This document shows, one piece after another, positions 11,997 to 24,822 of a stretch of DNA of 48,134 nt. The DNA comes from Dimargaris cristalligena (taxonomy: Eukaryota): positions 1 to 48,134 of the forward strand of contig ML002281.1 of the NCBI GenBank assembly GCA_003614675.1, written 5' to 3'. The position numbers were made by a program, and so were the translations under genes. Within the stretch, counting starts at the first letter, position 1. Each line of letters begins with the position of its first letter. Under the pieces are notes generated by a model that was not told the DNA's origin, made no database searches, and saw only the letters and a program-made list of their open reading frames with translations.

Positions 11997-13514
11997 GTTG
12001 CTACGCAGCAGGAGTGATTGTGAAGGCGTGGAAAGAGAGAAGGAATGGGGGAAATGAGGGCTGAAAACACCAATATAGTAGAAGCAAAGTGTAGCTGAGA
12101 AGAGGCTGAACGAATTGAATAGATGATGTTAGAGTACTAACCAATAGAAATCCCACTATGGGAGATATATAGCGAATCAATAGTTAATCAATAAAGGTTG
12201 GTCTTTTTCTTCTCTCTTAATTGATTTAATGCTAACAGATGAGCTCTAGATGTCAATCATTAACAAACAATGAGGTAAATTTGAATGCTAGAAAATGCAA
12301 CGTAAAAGTGGGTATTGGGAGTAACGAATAGGCATGGGTAAATCCCGCACATATATTGAGCTATAGCTAGTTTGAGTAAAGCCTGACACATCATTTCTTG
12401 CCGAGTTCATTATTTTACTGGCAATTTCACACTCAGGTATTTTTTATTTTTTTTAGAATGATATCTAATCACCACAACATTAAGGTACTACAACCGTTAC
12501 TACTCATGAATACATCCATAAAACAAATAGGTAATGATATAGGTGTTATTAATGCAGAGGTAGAGTAGGGTAGAAATGATGGGCTCACTAAATTTGACGG
12601 GAAACAATAACATTGGGGGTTAAAAGTGTGAATACATACGGCCAAGTAGAAAGAATTACGAATGGCTAAATGTGAGGGATGGTGTAAAGAGGTATGTGTA
12701 CTTATATGTATATATGGATGTAGGTTGAAGTATGTATAGAATTGTTAAGATGAGTAGAAGGAAACTGCAAATACGGTCAAAGATGGTACATATAAAGGAA
12801 TTAACGAGTGGGACTAATATAAAAAATAAAATATGAGATGAGATGAAGATGGGTTAGCAGGTACCCTTTGCAAATGCAGTGCCGACGATAGTAATGAGAT
12901 GGTAATGGTATTAGAAAATGGGAATCAATGTGAAACGGATAGTGTTAGGCGATGGAAGCATGCGAGTGCCTGCGAAGAAAACATTTGAATACGAATAACA
13001 AATGATAAAAAAATTGAATTATTAAAATAAGGCACGAGATAGTGTAGCGAAACTGACTAATCTTTGAACTTCAATTTCAATGAAATAGTAGGTATGAGAA
13101 GGGTGTATAATAGGAGGGCTGGGCTGGGGTAGCAAGACTGAAGTGGGTAAACCAGGGTCTATGAATCCAGACTAACTCTAGATTCGGACCAAATTGTCAA
13201 ATGTTTGATTCACAAAATAGAAGGAAGACATCATTAAACGAAGTAACAAGGCGAAAGGTAAAATTAGGGTGACGGGATAAAAGGTGACTCGCATGGGGTA
13301 AGAGATTAGGGGGGAGTAAGCGCAAATTAGTAGATTAATAACAGAATACGGATAAGGGGATACGAAAAATATAAATAATAGTAATACAATAATAAGGAAG
13401 CGAGATAGGCATAGCAAGAAAAGGGGGATCGTCGATCGCTGTACTTGAACTGCTGATAAGAAAGAAGCCTGGGCGTAGACTTAATAAAAGTGAAAAAGTC
13501 CCCGAATATAAGGG

Positions 13515-15671
13515 TTAATAGAAATTAGATGGGGGCGCGTGCATCGGGTACGCAAATGCTTTGGGATCCACGTACGAGAACGGCGGTGGCGGTACGTAAG
13601 GATGATTCACGGTGGGAGGCTGGAACGGTTCCACAGGGGTCGGGGTATAGGAGCTGTAGGATTTAGTATCATGGCTGGGTGCTCGACCGGCCGACTGGGG
13701 CAGCCCGGGATGGGAGGGTGGAGCCGAGGAAATTTGGTATCCGCCGCAATTCGACCCCACGGAGGAGTAGGAATTGGGTGGCGCGAAGTGATACGAGGAT
13801 ACGGGGGCGGAGCTTCCAACCGACGCGGGGGCTGACATGGGCGCGGACGTAGGCCAGTTCGAATAATAACCAACCGGGTGGCCATATTGGACCGGGTAGG
13901 GCGGGTACGCCAAGTGAGGTGGAGGCTGGAACGTTACCGGCACCGTATAGGACATGGGGTAGCACGGGTGAGAAGGGGCGGGTAATGAGGTGGTGTCCGA
14001 CGGCGGCGGTAGGAGTGACGGAGGGGGGTAGCAGGGAACGGGCGCAAATGTATACATCGGGGGTGGTGGTAGGCAGGGGTGCCCCGGTAGGTGGGGGTGG
14101 CAGTAATAGAAGTAGGGTGTGCTCATTGTGGGCAGCGGTGCCGAAAAGGGCGGGGGCTGTTGGTAGGTCGATTCGGAGTAGTAAGGGTAGGGCCCCTCGT
14201 AAGCCCCTGTGTGACTCGGATATACGGTGGTCCCGGCAGGCTCGGATGGAATAGCCGTAGAGTCACTTGATACGGACCGTACTGAAGAGGAGCTATCAGG
14301 AGGAGCGGGAGCGGCGTGAGTTACGGGTAAGGGGTAGTGAGTGGGAGGCGCGAACAGGGGGCTGTAGAGATATTGGTAATGTGCTACGGGAGCATAGTGG
14401 GGCGGGGATATAATTTGAGAGGGGCGTTGCACAGACTCGGGATGACTCGGGGGATCCACTAGGCCAGCCGTGGCGCGAGGGTCGGGGCTATCCATTTCGG
14501 GGTCGTGGTGCGCACGCAGCGCTCCCGGGGAGCGCTCTTGGGATACCACGGACAGGGGGGACCCCGTATTGCTCAGACTGACGAACTGCTCGTAAAAGTC
14601 GTCTAAATTATCTTTGTAATAGGGCTTATGAGAGCCAAGCTCTTGGGCGGAGGGGCTGGAGAGGGCCAACGAGAAGGGGGAGGAAGGCAGGGAGGAGTAC
14701 GGGGAGTCGATGGAACTGGCGGGGGATGGCGAGGACCCGCTGTGGCCCACACAGTAGTCGACAATGATGCTAGCCTCGCTGAAGCGCGATCTGGCGTATT
14801 TCGCATGTAAGGTGGGGGGGACATGAGACAGGCGCAAACGTAATTGGTTCTCACACGCCGTGGCTTGTGCATCGGTATCGGTGGTCCGCTGCGCTCCCAG
14901 CAGGGACCGGGCGAGGGACAGGGCTGCAGCGGCAACCGTCGACGGTAAGTAGGAAAGAAAATCGGCCTCAAACAGAGTCAATTCGGCAAAATAGCGGGCG
15001 ACATTGATGGTCAGAGGGGCCTCGTCTTGGGTCAGGGCAGTGCGGTGAATGAACAGCTCAGGGTTAGGATGGCGCAGTACGTATTTGAGGGTGACTAGAA
15101 TTTCGATTTCCATGCGCTTCACCTCTAGCTTGTCGTAGGCGCTGTTACAGGCGTAGACCAGGTCGTCGAGGCGGGGAATATGGTGCTTCTCCTCCTCTAA
15201 TTTACTGGCCACCCAGGTACACGCCACCACCAGGAGCTGCAACATGTGGACGTGAACAATGCGGGTGGATAAATAGCGGTCCATTAAATTGACGGTGAGA
15301 TAGAGGGTATCTTGGCAAAGCTTAAGCTGGGCGTGGAGGCTGGTCACATAGTCAATGAGGGCGGGACGGTACTCCCAGCGGATCTCGGGCTGCTGACCCA
15401 TATTGGCGACTGAGGGCATGGTTCTCCGCTCCAGCTCCAGAATATGGTTACTGGCAGCGGGATCCAGCACAATGTCGGGGTCCAATAAGGTGCGGTCGGA
15501 GTACCGCAGGGTTGGCGTGGAGGTGACGGGCGACTGAACAACCGGGCGGGAGAGGGGCACCGCGATTTTGAGAGGGTTGTGGGCCAGAGTGGCCGAGGAG
15601 AATGCCACGGTTGGAGTAACCAGCGGCGGGGAGTGTATGGAGCCAAAGGCCGGTCGGCTGGATGTCGACAT
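13515..15671 (-). CDS. Cdk1-type cyclin, probably fungal G1 (Cln/CCN1/Puc1-like), with a ~410-aa Pro/Ser/Tyr-rich tail; 718 aa
   Basis: Cyclin N box QQPEIRWEYRPALIDYV..DTLYLTVNLMDRYLS..LQLLVVACTWVASKLEE..MEIEILVTLKY and cyclin C domain VARYFAELTL..YLPSTVAAAAL. An in-frame TAG upstream fixes the ATG. Confidence 0.88.
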   Translation of the reverse strand: MSTSSRPAFGSIHSPPLVTPTVAFSSATLAHNPLKIAVPLSRPVVQSPVTSTPTLRYSDRTLLDPDIVLDPAASNHILELERRTMPSVANMGQQPEIRWEYRPALIDYVTSLHAQLKLCQDTLYLTVNLMDRYLSTRIVHVHMLQLLVVACTWVASKLEEEKHHIPRLDDLVYACNSAYDKLEVKRMEIEILVTLKYVLRHPNPELFIHRTALTQDEAPLTINVARYFAELTLFEADFLSYLPSTVAAAALSLARSLLGAQRTTDTDAQATACENQLRLRLSHVPPTLHAKYARSRFSEASIIVDYCVGHSGSSPSPASSIDSPYSSLPSSPFSLALSSPSAQELGSHKPYYKDNLDDFYEQFVSLSNTGSPLSVVSQERSPGALRAHHDPEMDSPDPRATAGLVDPPSHPESVQRPSQIISPPHYAPVAHYQYLYSPLFAPPTHYPLPVTHAAPAPPDSSSSVRSVSSDSTAIPSEPAGTTVYPSHTGAYEGPYPYYSESTYQQPPPFSAPLPTMSTPYFYYCHPHLPGHPCLPPPPMYTFAPVPCYPPPSLLPPPSDTTSLPAPSHPCYPMSYTVPVTFQPPPHLAYPPYPVQYGHPVGYYSNWPTSAPMSAPASVGSSAPVSSYHFAPPNSYSSVGSNCGGYQISSAPPSHPGLPQSAGRAPSHDTKSYSSYTPTPVEPFQPPTVNHPYVPPPPFSYVDPKAFAYPMHAPPSNFY

Positions 15672-18600
15672 GCCGGCGGAGGGGTGTATGGGATAACAAA
15701 GAAAGTTACCCGGGGGGATGCGAGGCTGCTGGGGTGAATACGACTAGGGTAAAGAGGGACAATAAGGGACGATTGTAGGGATACTAACAGCACCGAGTAA
15801 GGACTGGAAACCCGGTGCACGCGAGCAAAAAAGGGAGGTTACGAGAGAAGGGGAGGGGCGGGGGAAAAGGCAATGTGGTACGGCGCCAAGGGTCAAGGGG
15901 TTGTACACACAGGAGACGACGAGTGCGGGTTAAGGGACAGCAAGGAGGCTAAGGAAGACGAACGGACAGTAAAAAGACAGAATAAGAGCACTACTACTAG
16001 ATTGTTTTCACGGGTGGGGAGGAAGAGTTAACAGCCCGAACTCAACGGGTGGGAACGAGTCGGGAAAGCCCCCAGCCAAATATACGAAAACTGATAAAAA
16101 TTGCAAAATGTAAATAAGCAAAGGAAAATTGAGAAGAACAGGTCAGTGTGGGCCAGATAATGGGGACACGGGGGCTACGGTGGGGGGACGAAAAGGGAGA
16201 GGTTTGTGGATAAAATACGGTAAAATTGGCCAAATAGAGACGAGCCGGATACCCTTTTGGGTGGGGGATAAAGAGAATATGGAAGAGAGGGAGGAGACGA
16301 GAAGGCACGTCAGAAGAACACGAGGCAGTATGATACTCAACAAGGGACCAACCACCACCAAGTGCTATCCAGGCAATAATAACAATAACAACGGCAACAA
16401 GGGTATTTTTATGTGAGTGGGCCAATAATGGGATAACTTAAGAAGGCGGTCCGGTGGAGCTGGCTGGGAAACCCCGGACAATACCGGACGGGGAGGAGCT
16501 GGGTAGTGGTGACTCAGGACCGAAACAGTGACAAGGGCAGCTAGGTATGCCCCCGGTAGAGAAGGGTGGGACTAGAAGGACGGGCTCGAAAACGTGGGCA
16601 TGAAGAGAGGTACCACGCCAATAGAGAGTAAAGGCAACCAGGTGGAGGAGTTTGAACTAAGGAGAGAACGAATAGACAACTGAAAAACAACGTAATGCGA
16701 ATATAGAGAGAGGCACCGAGACGAAGGCGGGTAGGGAAAATTAGACGGTGGGGAAGTTAAAGTAGAGAGGGAGTATCAATAGACTATTATAGACTTGGAA
16801 AGAATAATAGGTGGGTGGTGGAACCAGCGGCATGGATGTTTGAGCCAATACAGTCCCGAGCAGATACGGGCAGGGGAGCGGGAAGAAAAGTCCCGGGCTG
16901 CGCGGAGGGGGTGTTTTAAAGGGCTTGGAAAGAAGGGAAATATCGACGAGAGAAACCAATAAAGAGGAAAGTCGATTGAGAAGGAAAGAAAGAAAGGTGC
17001 GAGTGATCCAGGGGGCGGTGCTCTATATCTAGACAATCTCTTACAGAGAGAGAGGAGGGGTCTAGACCAAAACAACCTTGGCTATATGCTCTCAGGTGGC
17101 AGGCCCCGCACCTTGCCTTGGCCAGACTGAATGCTGTTTGTATGCGGTGGCCTATGGGGTCATTATGGCGGTGTGGTCGGGCTGTATGCGTTCACCTTGC
17201 GATGTTCCTCCATCCCCTTTGGATGCGCGCGTACATATGTACGGGTCTCTCACCCCCATTCCGGCTGGTCAGCATGGTGTAGGAGGAAACGGGAGAGAAA
17301 ACTCGTGGATTGAGTGTGTTCGTGTGCGTGTGTGTGGGTGGGTGTATACGGGTAAGTGTTGGAGAAAGCGAGAGAGAGGGAGTGTGTGTGTGTTTGTGGT
17401 GGCCTAGAATAGGGATCTAACTAACGACGCTATTTCGATTCGATTTTCCTTGTTCGCAATACCCAGAAGCGCGACAGGTGGGCGGAGTTTGAAGATGCGA
17501 AGGAGCAACATCGGATGGGGTTGTTTTGGTTATTGAGACCACCGGATCCACCCCAAGCGGCCTAAACAACACGAGCTGGGGGGGGTCTCGTCACGACATC
17601 CCTTTCCCCAGTTCCGAATTTTCGAAGGAATGTTGGGTTGAGCCTGACGGCTAGTCGGGAAGCAGCACCCCCTCCCCCCCCGTGCCCCTCCTTCTCCCTA
17701 TATTCCCCTTGACTCGGTAGCGATATTCTCCAAGGCGGTATACCGGCAGATGTGTCATATAGTAGTGTCCCACCCGCTTCATTCAACCGCGTACTCTAGT
17801 CCGCTGCAGTTCCCCGCCGTGGAATATGGTCACCCATCCCCGCACCCCACATCGTTTCATTGGAGACGACGCGGCCCCTCCTTTATTATTTTTATATTTT
17901 TTTGGCCAGGACGATCTCCGCAGGCCGTTGGGGGTGGGTAGAGGGATATACCCTTCTTTGCCAAAGGCTCCGCTAACCCAACAACGACCGAAACGCATTG
18001 TATCCCGATTGATTAACCCCAAGCCTCCAAACCCTCCCTTGCTCCCTCCGATCACACGAACCAAGGCACTATATCTAGACCAGCCCCTCATTTCCCCATA
18101 TTTGTCAAATCACTCAGCTAGTTTAGCCTGGTGTGAGGGGTGGCTGTTATTAAACCTAGAGCACGCAGGTGGGGGAGAATAGAGAGAAACCTAAGCGTGT
18201 TTGTCTATCTGAGGTTACGGCGACCTCCTCTATCCCCGCCTCATTCAGTGGCAGTTCGAAGTGAGCAGGATGTTTCTAGTTCTGTAACCCATATATAATC
18301 CCTGTCACTCTTTTGCCTCATTTGATCAGACGAAGAAATCCCGCTATTGGCCACTAGGCTAATGCGGGGATGGTTTTTGGGTTGACTCACCCCCCTTTTC
18401 TTCCCCATACTCTTCCTGACACATATGGTTTAGCCAACAGATTGGTGGGGGCTTGGCTGTTTTTGTTAGAATATTATACAGTATACACTCACACACAAAT
18501 CCCAGCTTTGTTTCCTTTTCCCCAGACCTACATTCACGTCTATTCATAGCGACACACCAAAACTAATGATTGCCTGGCCATCATTGTCTATTATTATTTA

Positions 18601-19134
18601 TACCATCCCTTTAGAAGCCCTTCTATTGAGTTAACGAGCTACTCCAGCTAACCCCAACAGGTTCACCGTCGAGCCATTAATTACCACACACTCCCTCACA
18701 CGCCATGAATTGCTAACCACATCCCGGCGGTATGTCATTGTCTAGACCCCTCTCCTGAATTCATCCCTCAATTCAGAAGTTCGGTCTAATTTATGCAGAG
18801 GGCCCTAGAACCTGATTGTACCCCCTTATCTTCTCCCTCTCTTCAAGTTACTCCATACATTGAGTATGGCATGTCATTCTGTAGCAATTCAGCTACACTG
18901 TTCTCTGCTATGAGTCCCACTAGCACAATGATTAGTACCGAGACACGCACGGCTGCAAATTGCAATAGCTATTGGCAAACTTCATTTCGATCTCATAAAC
19001 AGAGCGCAGTTTGATAACCCAGGCGGGGTGTATCCGAGTCACGTATATGGGTATGTGCACTAAAAAAACTGCATAGCGAAATAATCGGCACTAGATTATG
19101 CGCCAAGATCATCAACCAAGCTGGCTTACTTATA

Positions 19135-19158
19135 TTGTTGTTGTTGTTGTTGTTGTTG
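19135..19158. repeat. (TTG)8 microsatellite
   Basis: Directly visible tandem repeat in intergenic DNA. Confidence 0.9.
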
Positions 19159-21260
19159 GCATTGCGCATTTCCAATCCACTGGGCATAATTTGATCTGTG
19201 TTGGATACCCATATAGGTCGTCGACATCCCTCAATAGTTTACGATAAACAAAAACAGGGCGCCTAGTAATGGTCCAAATATTGGTGATCATCGCCGAATC
19301 CACTTGTTATTGTTTGGCTTCAAAGTGTAAACGGTTTCACGACCCATGAAGAGAGCCAGTACGCACTTGTCGTCTGCCAACAACTCATTGGTGAAGTAAG
19401 TTACTGTCAGAGATGTATTTGTAGCACTCCAATAAACCAGAATACTATCCAGTACTTTTGGTGCATTACCAGGGTGTATCTCAGGCATACCACTCTAACG
19501 ATATACCGAGGCTAAAAAAACAGCTTGCATGCTTTACCTCCCCCTCCTTCATCGTAAATGTAAATTACATAGGCTCGATTTTATACACCTCCATAATTCG
19601 TAATACCATCTAACTGGTACCTGTGAAGATTTGTTAGGAACTATTTCCGAAATAATATTTACCAAAGTTAATCAAATGGTACGGAGTAGCTATGGCCAGT
19701 TGCTAGTCCGATGAATGGGGTAGCATTGCTTTTAAAAATCCAATGGGTAAACAACATCCCATAATGATAATAATCCGGTGTTATTGTGTCGAGGATTCGC
19801 GGCAAGGGTTACAAGAATGTGGAGACGGACCTCCTGAATGTCAGGTAAGCGCAGTACTAGGTTAGTGGGGGATTCGTGAACAAATCTCGAATCAAGTCGG
19901 TTGCTCAAACGCAAGAAAATGGCGAATACGAATTCAGCCTGAGCAGCGGGCTGTTCAAAGTACGGCTTGTATATGGAGTAGCTAGTATGTTTTAAAAATT
20001 AGTGCCATGAAATTCAAATATAGATACGTAAGAGTGATAGGGAATGTGGAGGGGAGTCCCCTGCCACTTTCTTCTGGAGCTATGAGTAAGTCTAGTCACA
20101 GGCGGGCCCACATACTAGTAAGCAGGTCGCTACTTAGCATACCATTGACATCTTTTGAAATGAGAGCATATCTAATTTGGTCAAATGAAAGAGGGACTTT
20201 GGTCGGTGAGCCAAACCATATCCAGGGCTATTGGGCTAAGTGTGTGGGGGGGGGGGTAGGTCTGACCTTCCTCGTTCATTTGTAAAGTTGCCCAATAAAA
20301 GGGTGTGCTCCATAGTGAGGCCTTCTCAATGTGCCTATATTTGGAAATTCATAGATAATTCGACCACATGCCTTTCCCAGCTCTATACTCTAAAGTTTTC
20401 TCTGAGTGTTTTGGGATTTGACGGGATTGCCCAACAGCTAAACATGTGTTCCCGTTTTTATATATCGCAGAAGTTCGACCAGGTTGTATAGCGAACATTC
20501 AGTTGAATGAGGCGAAAGCCACTAGTTTAAAACGAATTTATCTCATTATATTTTTAATATCACTCCACCCATTCTTCAGGTCTAAGCAACCACGATTAAT
20601 TTTACATACTGTGGTTGATGACAATTAGTGTCCTGTTCCATATATAACAGCTATCCGCTGTACCATTCAGGCATCAACTATTGTCTGGGACCTTTAAATG
20701 ACCCCCGGGCCATTGTTTCATCATCTTCAAAAGAAGTCGCGTCGCCAGCCTCTTTACCTCACCCGGTACAGTATGGTATCACCATCACCACTGGGTAGTA
20801 GATAAAGCATACCCCCAAAGTCCACCGGATCAACAAACCATTCCGGTAGGAAGACACACCCGGCCAGCCACCCTCTTCTTAAAGAATCTCTTAGATTTAC
20901 ATGGTCAGTTCGATATATTTTCAAAGCCCTTTATAACTGTGTATTTTCAGATGGTATAATCATCATTCATAGCTAAACCGTGAGCAAGCTAAAATATAAG
21001 AAAAGGCTGTCAGAAAGATGGTTGAAAATGTGATGGAGTTGTCCATACATGGCGGCCCCGTTCTAAGAATAGTAAAGCGGAGTGGGAGGTTTGAAGTAGT
21101 TTAAATAACATCAAAGAAGACCACAATATCCCCCCAAGAACCATATATCATGGCTTAGCCAGGGAATATATTATCATGATTAATAAAAAAAAGCATGCGG
21201 TAAAGGGATTTTTTTTACCACATCACCTAATGTGATGCGCGCATTCCTTCCCCTGCCATT

Positions 21261-22578
21261 TTACACGCCGCGAGTGGATATGACCTGCTCGGTCGCTAGG
21301 TGCTTGCAGTTAATGCCCACCATAGCCTCACCGAGGCGCTCGCTGACTTCGGCGAGCTTGTACTTGTCGTTGTAGTGGGTCACGGCCTGCACGATAGCGC
21401 GGGCCCGCTTGGCCGGATCACCGGATTTGAAAATGCCGGAACCGACGAACACGCCGTCGCAGCCGAGCTGCATCATCAAAGCGGCATCGGCCGGGGTAGC
21501 CACACCCCCGGCGGCGAAGTTAACGACGGGCAAACGGCCCAGCCGGGCGGTTTCCTTGAGCAAATCGAACGGGGCGCCCAGCTCCTTGGCGTAAGTGTAG
21601 AGTTCCTCTTCGCCCATGGAAGCGGCCCGCCGAATCTGGGACTGGACGGTACGGGAGTGACGCACGGCCTCGACCACGTCACCGGTACCCGCCTCGCCCT
21701 TGGTCCGGATCATGGCCGCACCTTCGGCGATCCGGCGCAGGGCTTCGCCGAGGTTACGGCAACCGCACACAAACGGGATCTTGAAGTTGTGCTTGTTGAT
21801 GTGGTGCTCGTCGTCGGCGGGGGTGAGGACTTCGCTTTCGTCAATGTAATCGATTTCCAACGCCTCGAGGATCTGGGCCTCTACGAAGTGACCGATCCGG
21901 ACCTTGGCCATCACGGGAATGGTAACGGCGTCCTTGATGGCCTTGATGAGATGGGGGTCCGACATACGGGCCACACCACCCTCCTGGCGGATATCGGCGG
22001 GCACCCGCTCGAGAGCCATCACGGCACAGGCACCGGCCTCCTCGGCAATACGGGCTTGTTCGGCGTTAACCACGTCCATGATGACACCGCCCTATAAAAA
22101 GGGGACATTCATCGCCATGGTAAATGTTTGGAGATAAAAAATCATACACCGGGCCGGACGCAGCGATCCAAGGCACCGATGAAACAGTCCAAGAATAGAG
22201 TACATCAAATAGGTGAGTGGTTCAAGCTTCTGAATTTTAACGTGGGCCCCCTTATTTAGGGTGAGACTGATCAAGGCCTAAAACAGCCGAATATGGGGGT
22301 AGGGAGGGCAGTGTTCACACTGCTACTTTTATATTATAAAAATGTACTTTCCCCCTCACCCTTCTGAACAGTAAGTTCGGCTACTGTGCGCAACGTAGAA
22401 GGTATGAACAACCCTCCTTTGAGTTCGCCTTGGACAGGTGGAGGGGAGGGGGGACTTAGTGTTCCATGCTTACCTTGAGCATTTGGGCGAGACCAGCCTT
22501 CACACGGAAGTTGGATTTGGGACCACCATTCTCCTGAACGGCGGCGTTGGTGAGGTTGTTGGGGGCAGCGAAAGACAT
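21261..22578 (-). CDS. SNZ1: Pyridoxal 5'-phosphate synthase subunit Pdx1/Snz1; exons 22578-22474 and 22091-21261; 311 aa
   Basis: A phase-0 GTAAGC..ATAG intron (22473-22092) joins [20 protein letters not shown]. Hallmarks [40 protein letters not shown] and [11 protein letters not shown]. Confidence 0.97.
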
Positions 22579-24822
22579 GTTGTAGTGAAATGAGGGGAGA
22601 GTCAATAATGGTCAATGAGAGAGGTTGGAGTGAAGAAAAGAGGTTGAGAGAGACACAAACTTGTTCGAAATAATAGGGTAGAGAGAGACAAACTCTAGTC
22701 TAGATATAACGGAAACTGGGCTCGGCAGAGTCTGGTGGGGGCTGAAAATAGGAAGAGGGCGAGTTCTGAAACAGCGATGGATTACTACGGGAAGCGGGGG
22801 GGTTGGCTGGCTGGTTGGGGTATTTATCCAGCGTTTAACCCGCCGTTATTAGTCATATAAGTAAGAAAATGAATAGTATTTTAGTATAGTATATTATAGG
22901 GCATTTGATGTGGCTTAGCCCAGTAGTCTCTCCCGTATGTGGCAGTGTGGGCTGATAGGGTTTCCTACATTCCAGAACGGTATAGACGCTGCGTGAGAGC
23001 CGACGAAAGGGGAGGAGATACGGGAGGCAGGTTTACCCGTCCGTGTGTAATATACACATTGGGCTATTGATCCATGGGTAATTATCATTGACCTCCACGG
23101 TCCCCAACGTCGCACAGAAAGCCGAAACAAAGGTGTGCGGCGGCCAATAGGCTTGGTGGGGTTCGGCGCTTAGAGGTGAAGCAGTTGTGCTATTCTCCAG
23201 CCCCGCACAGCCTGTAAACCAATTGCCATTGGTATACTTGGAGTTTAGGTTCAGTCGTGAAACCTGATTGATTAGTCATATTTACTATGCTGCTGCTGCT
23301 ATATCCCCTTTCCCCCAAACGCACTAAGCTGCACTGGCATCTTGAATTAGCTTAGCCTCCAATAGATTGCACTAGTATGGATCAATACTAAACTGCACTA
23401 CTACGAGCCAGTCTCGAAGAGAACGCGGCTCCTCTTAAAGTACTGCGGATTCGACGGAGTGTGAGGCGTGTCCGCCTGTGAAGTATATTCCCTTCTCAGG
23501 TAAGTTTGTGCAGCCCTATGCATCCCTTGGAACCCTCAATTCACAACACCATAATCAAGCAAATCGACTCGGCTGTCCCCTATAATAACATTATTCGGTA
23601 TTTGAATCACTCAATTCCAACCTCCTTGATGAGTAGTGGTTACGCACATGCTAACTACTCCCTTGTGTCACTACTACTGGCAGATACCCCCAACAGGACT
23701 CGTATATTCCAGTCCATATTACATGGGTCATCTAGGCCCTTAGTGACTGTCTTATTTCCTCTTTTGGCTAAATTAAGATCCTGACTGGCCCTTTTAGGAC
23801 CCTGGTGGCCCAAAACTATAGAGCGCTAGGTAGGTAAAGTAGTCATTGTGACACAAGTGCCGGATCATATTACCCAGTCATGATTATGTAACTGTTTTGG
23901 AATCCCTTATAGTCAGGCTAATAAGGTTCTTGAGAGGCCCCATTGTTGGTTTCTCAGGCCTGATTTGTTAGGAATATCAGGTGGGATGTTTTGGTCACCA
24001 TGGCGCGAACTAGTCGGGCCTATTAATGGGGGGACCAATGTCTGACCCCCCCTCTATTCGCCTAATAGAACACTAGTGGTTACTCTTATAGTAAAAATCA
24101 AAGTAATAAACCGCCAGTCCAGTTCGGGCCTTGTTTAGTACGGCAATAGGTTAAGTAATTAAGCGCTATAAACTGAATTAATAGAGGACTGCGTCATAAA
24201 ACCGACTATCTTCTCTTGATCAAGCGGTCAATATTGCAATTTTTCCCGATGTCAGCTTAGGTTAAAAACTTGGGCGTAGCCATTTTAACAAAACTGTAAC
24301 TATAATTTAATTACAGGTGATGTAGTGGGATATGGCTTTTTCGGACACGTAAGCCACACCGTGTGCATACCGCGACGCCGTACAATGACATATATTCACC
24401 AGCATAGTATTTCCCCTATTACGCCGAAGTCACATAAAAGGATTGAGAGCTCAGCGAATATAATTCTAAATAGATGGCTGGTTAATTGAAATAATATGAT
24501 GGGTCGTGATACCAATGGCTTTTATTTAAAATATCAGCCAGTTTTTCGCGAACAACCGAATAAATTTCGGAAATACTTCGGCCTGAAGGGTGTGTCTCGT
24601 ATATTTAACGTATCAATTAGTCCCCTAAAATTAGGTGGCACTCAGTGGAATATTGGGATAGTACTACAATCCAGTGAATCATAAATATATGCAAATGTTA
24701 TGGTGGCGATGGTGCGAGAAATGTGTGGTCATGAGTAGAAAGCGCCGATTCTATTCAAAGTCAGGTGCATTCGGTTGGGGTTTCCAGCGAATTAACAACT
24801 GGATAAGGAAATATAGTAAACA

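Noticed and set aside
7781..15671. Apparent clustering of two cyclins around LIN1, plus a second splicing gene (ISY1) in the window
   Set aside because: The cyclins belong to distant families (Pcl versus Cdk1-type) and are not tandem duplicates. There is no evidence of a functional cluster without synteny data.
18993..19914. Short minus-strand ORFs (poly-Asn 18993-19187, 19288-19488, 19732-19914) in the long intergenic gap
   Set aside because: No recognisable domain or consistent splice chain; the poly-Asn is just the (TTG)8 repeat.
21300..22097. 265-aa antisense ORF over SNZ1
   Set aside because: Shadow ORF from strong GC3 codon bias of the sense gene.
23490..23510. Strong CAG|GTAAGT donor on the + strand upstream of SNZ1 (divergent SNO gene?)
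   Set aside because: All three upstream frames hit stops without a usable ATG and there are no Pdx2 motifs. At most a non-coding transcript.
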